64,000 nucleotides of DNA, taken from Octopus sinensis (taxonomy: Eukaryota). The stretch spans positions 88,474,001 through 88,538,000 of the forward strand of contig NC_042998.1 of NCBI RefSeq assembly GCF_006345805.1, read 5' to 3'. Below are positions 63,946 through 64,000 of this stretch, piece after piece. The notes under the pieces are model-generated. The model was given only the letters and a program-made list of their open reading frames with translations. It made no database searches and was not told where the DNA came from. The position numbers and the translations under genes were made by a program. Positions within the stretch are counted from its first letter, which is position 1; each line of letters starts with the position of its first letter.

Positions 63946-64000
63946 TTAAACCATTATTATTATCTTCTGGAAGCCAAGTCCACAACCCAGTTTTGTTTCT

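Overview
This is AT-rich, repeat-dense animal genomic DNA. The SINE/LINE families and the (TA)n/(CA)n/(GATA)n microsatellites match what I recall of Octopus genomes, so the species call is an inference. There is one host gene: the last 8 coding exons (30823-62033, + strand, all introns GT-AG, frames join into about 502 aa) of a GPR158/GPR179-like class C GPCR. They cover the Cys-rich linker, all 7 TM helices, the conserved DPEDIR-ELKxLYxQL cytoplasmic coiled-coil and a short His-rich tail. No exons for the N-terminal ectodomain were found in 1-30822. The rest is mobile DNA: CR1/L2-type, RTE and Dong/R4 LINE fragments, a decayed Penelope-like GIY-YIG region, mariner (DD34D) and maT (DD37D) transposons, Tigger-like MITEs, Helitron/Helentron-like elements, two probable solo LTRs, dozens of tRNA-derived SINEs and several fold-back elements. 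The most notable observations are: (1) a structurally complete type I hammerhead ribozyme (7851-7936, - strand) inside a perfect 103-bp inverted-repeat element, plus several degenerate hammerhead motifs elsewhere; (2) an intronic 428-bp palindrome carrying two hammerheads decayed mostly at CpGs; (3) a sharp drop in CpG content near 22.5-24 kb; (4) a near-identical 210-bp GA-rich duplication within the last intron. Almost all other six-frame ORFs are microsatellite or TE artefacts. No database searches were run; family names come from recognised motifs.
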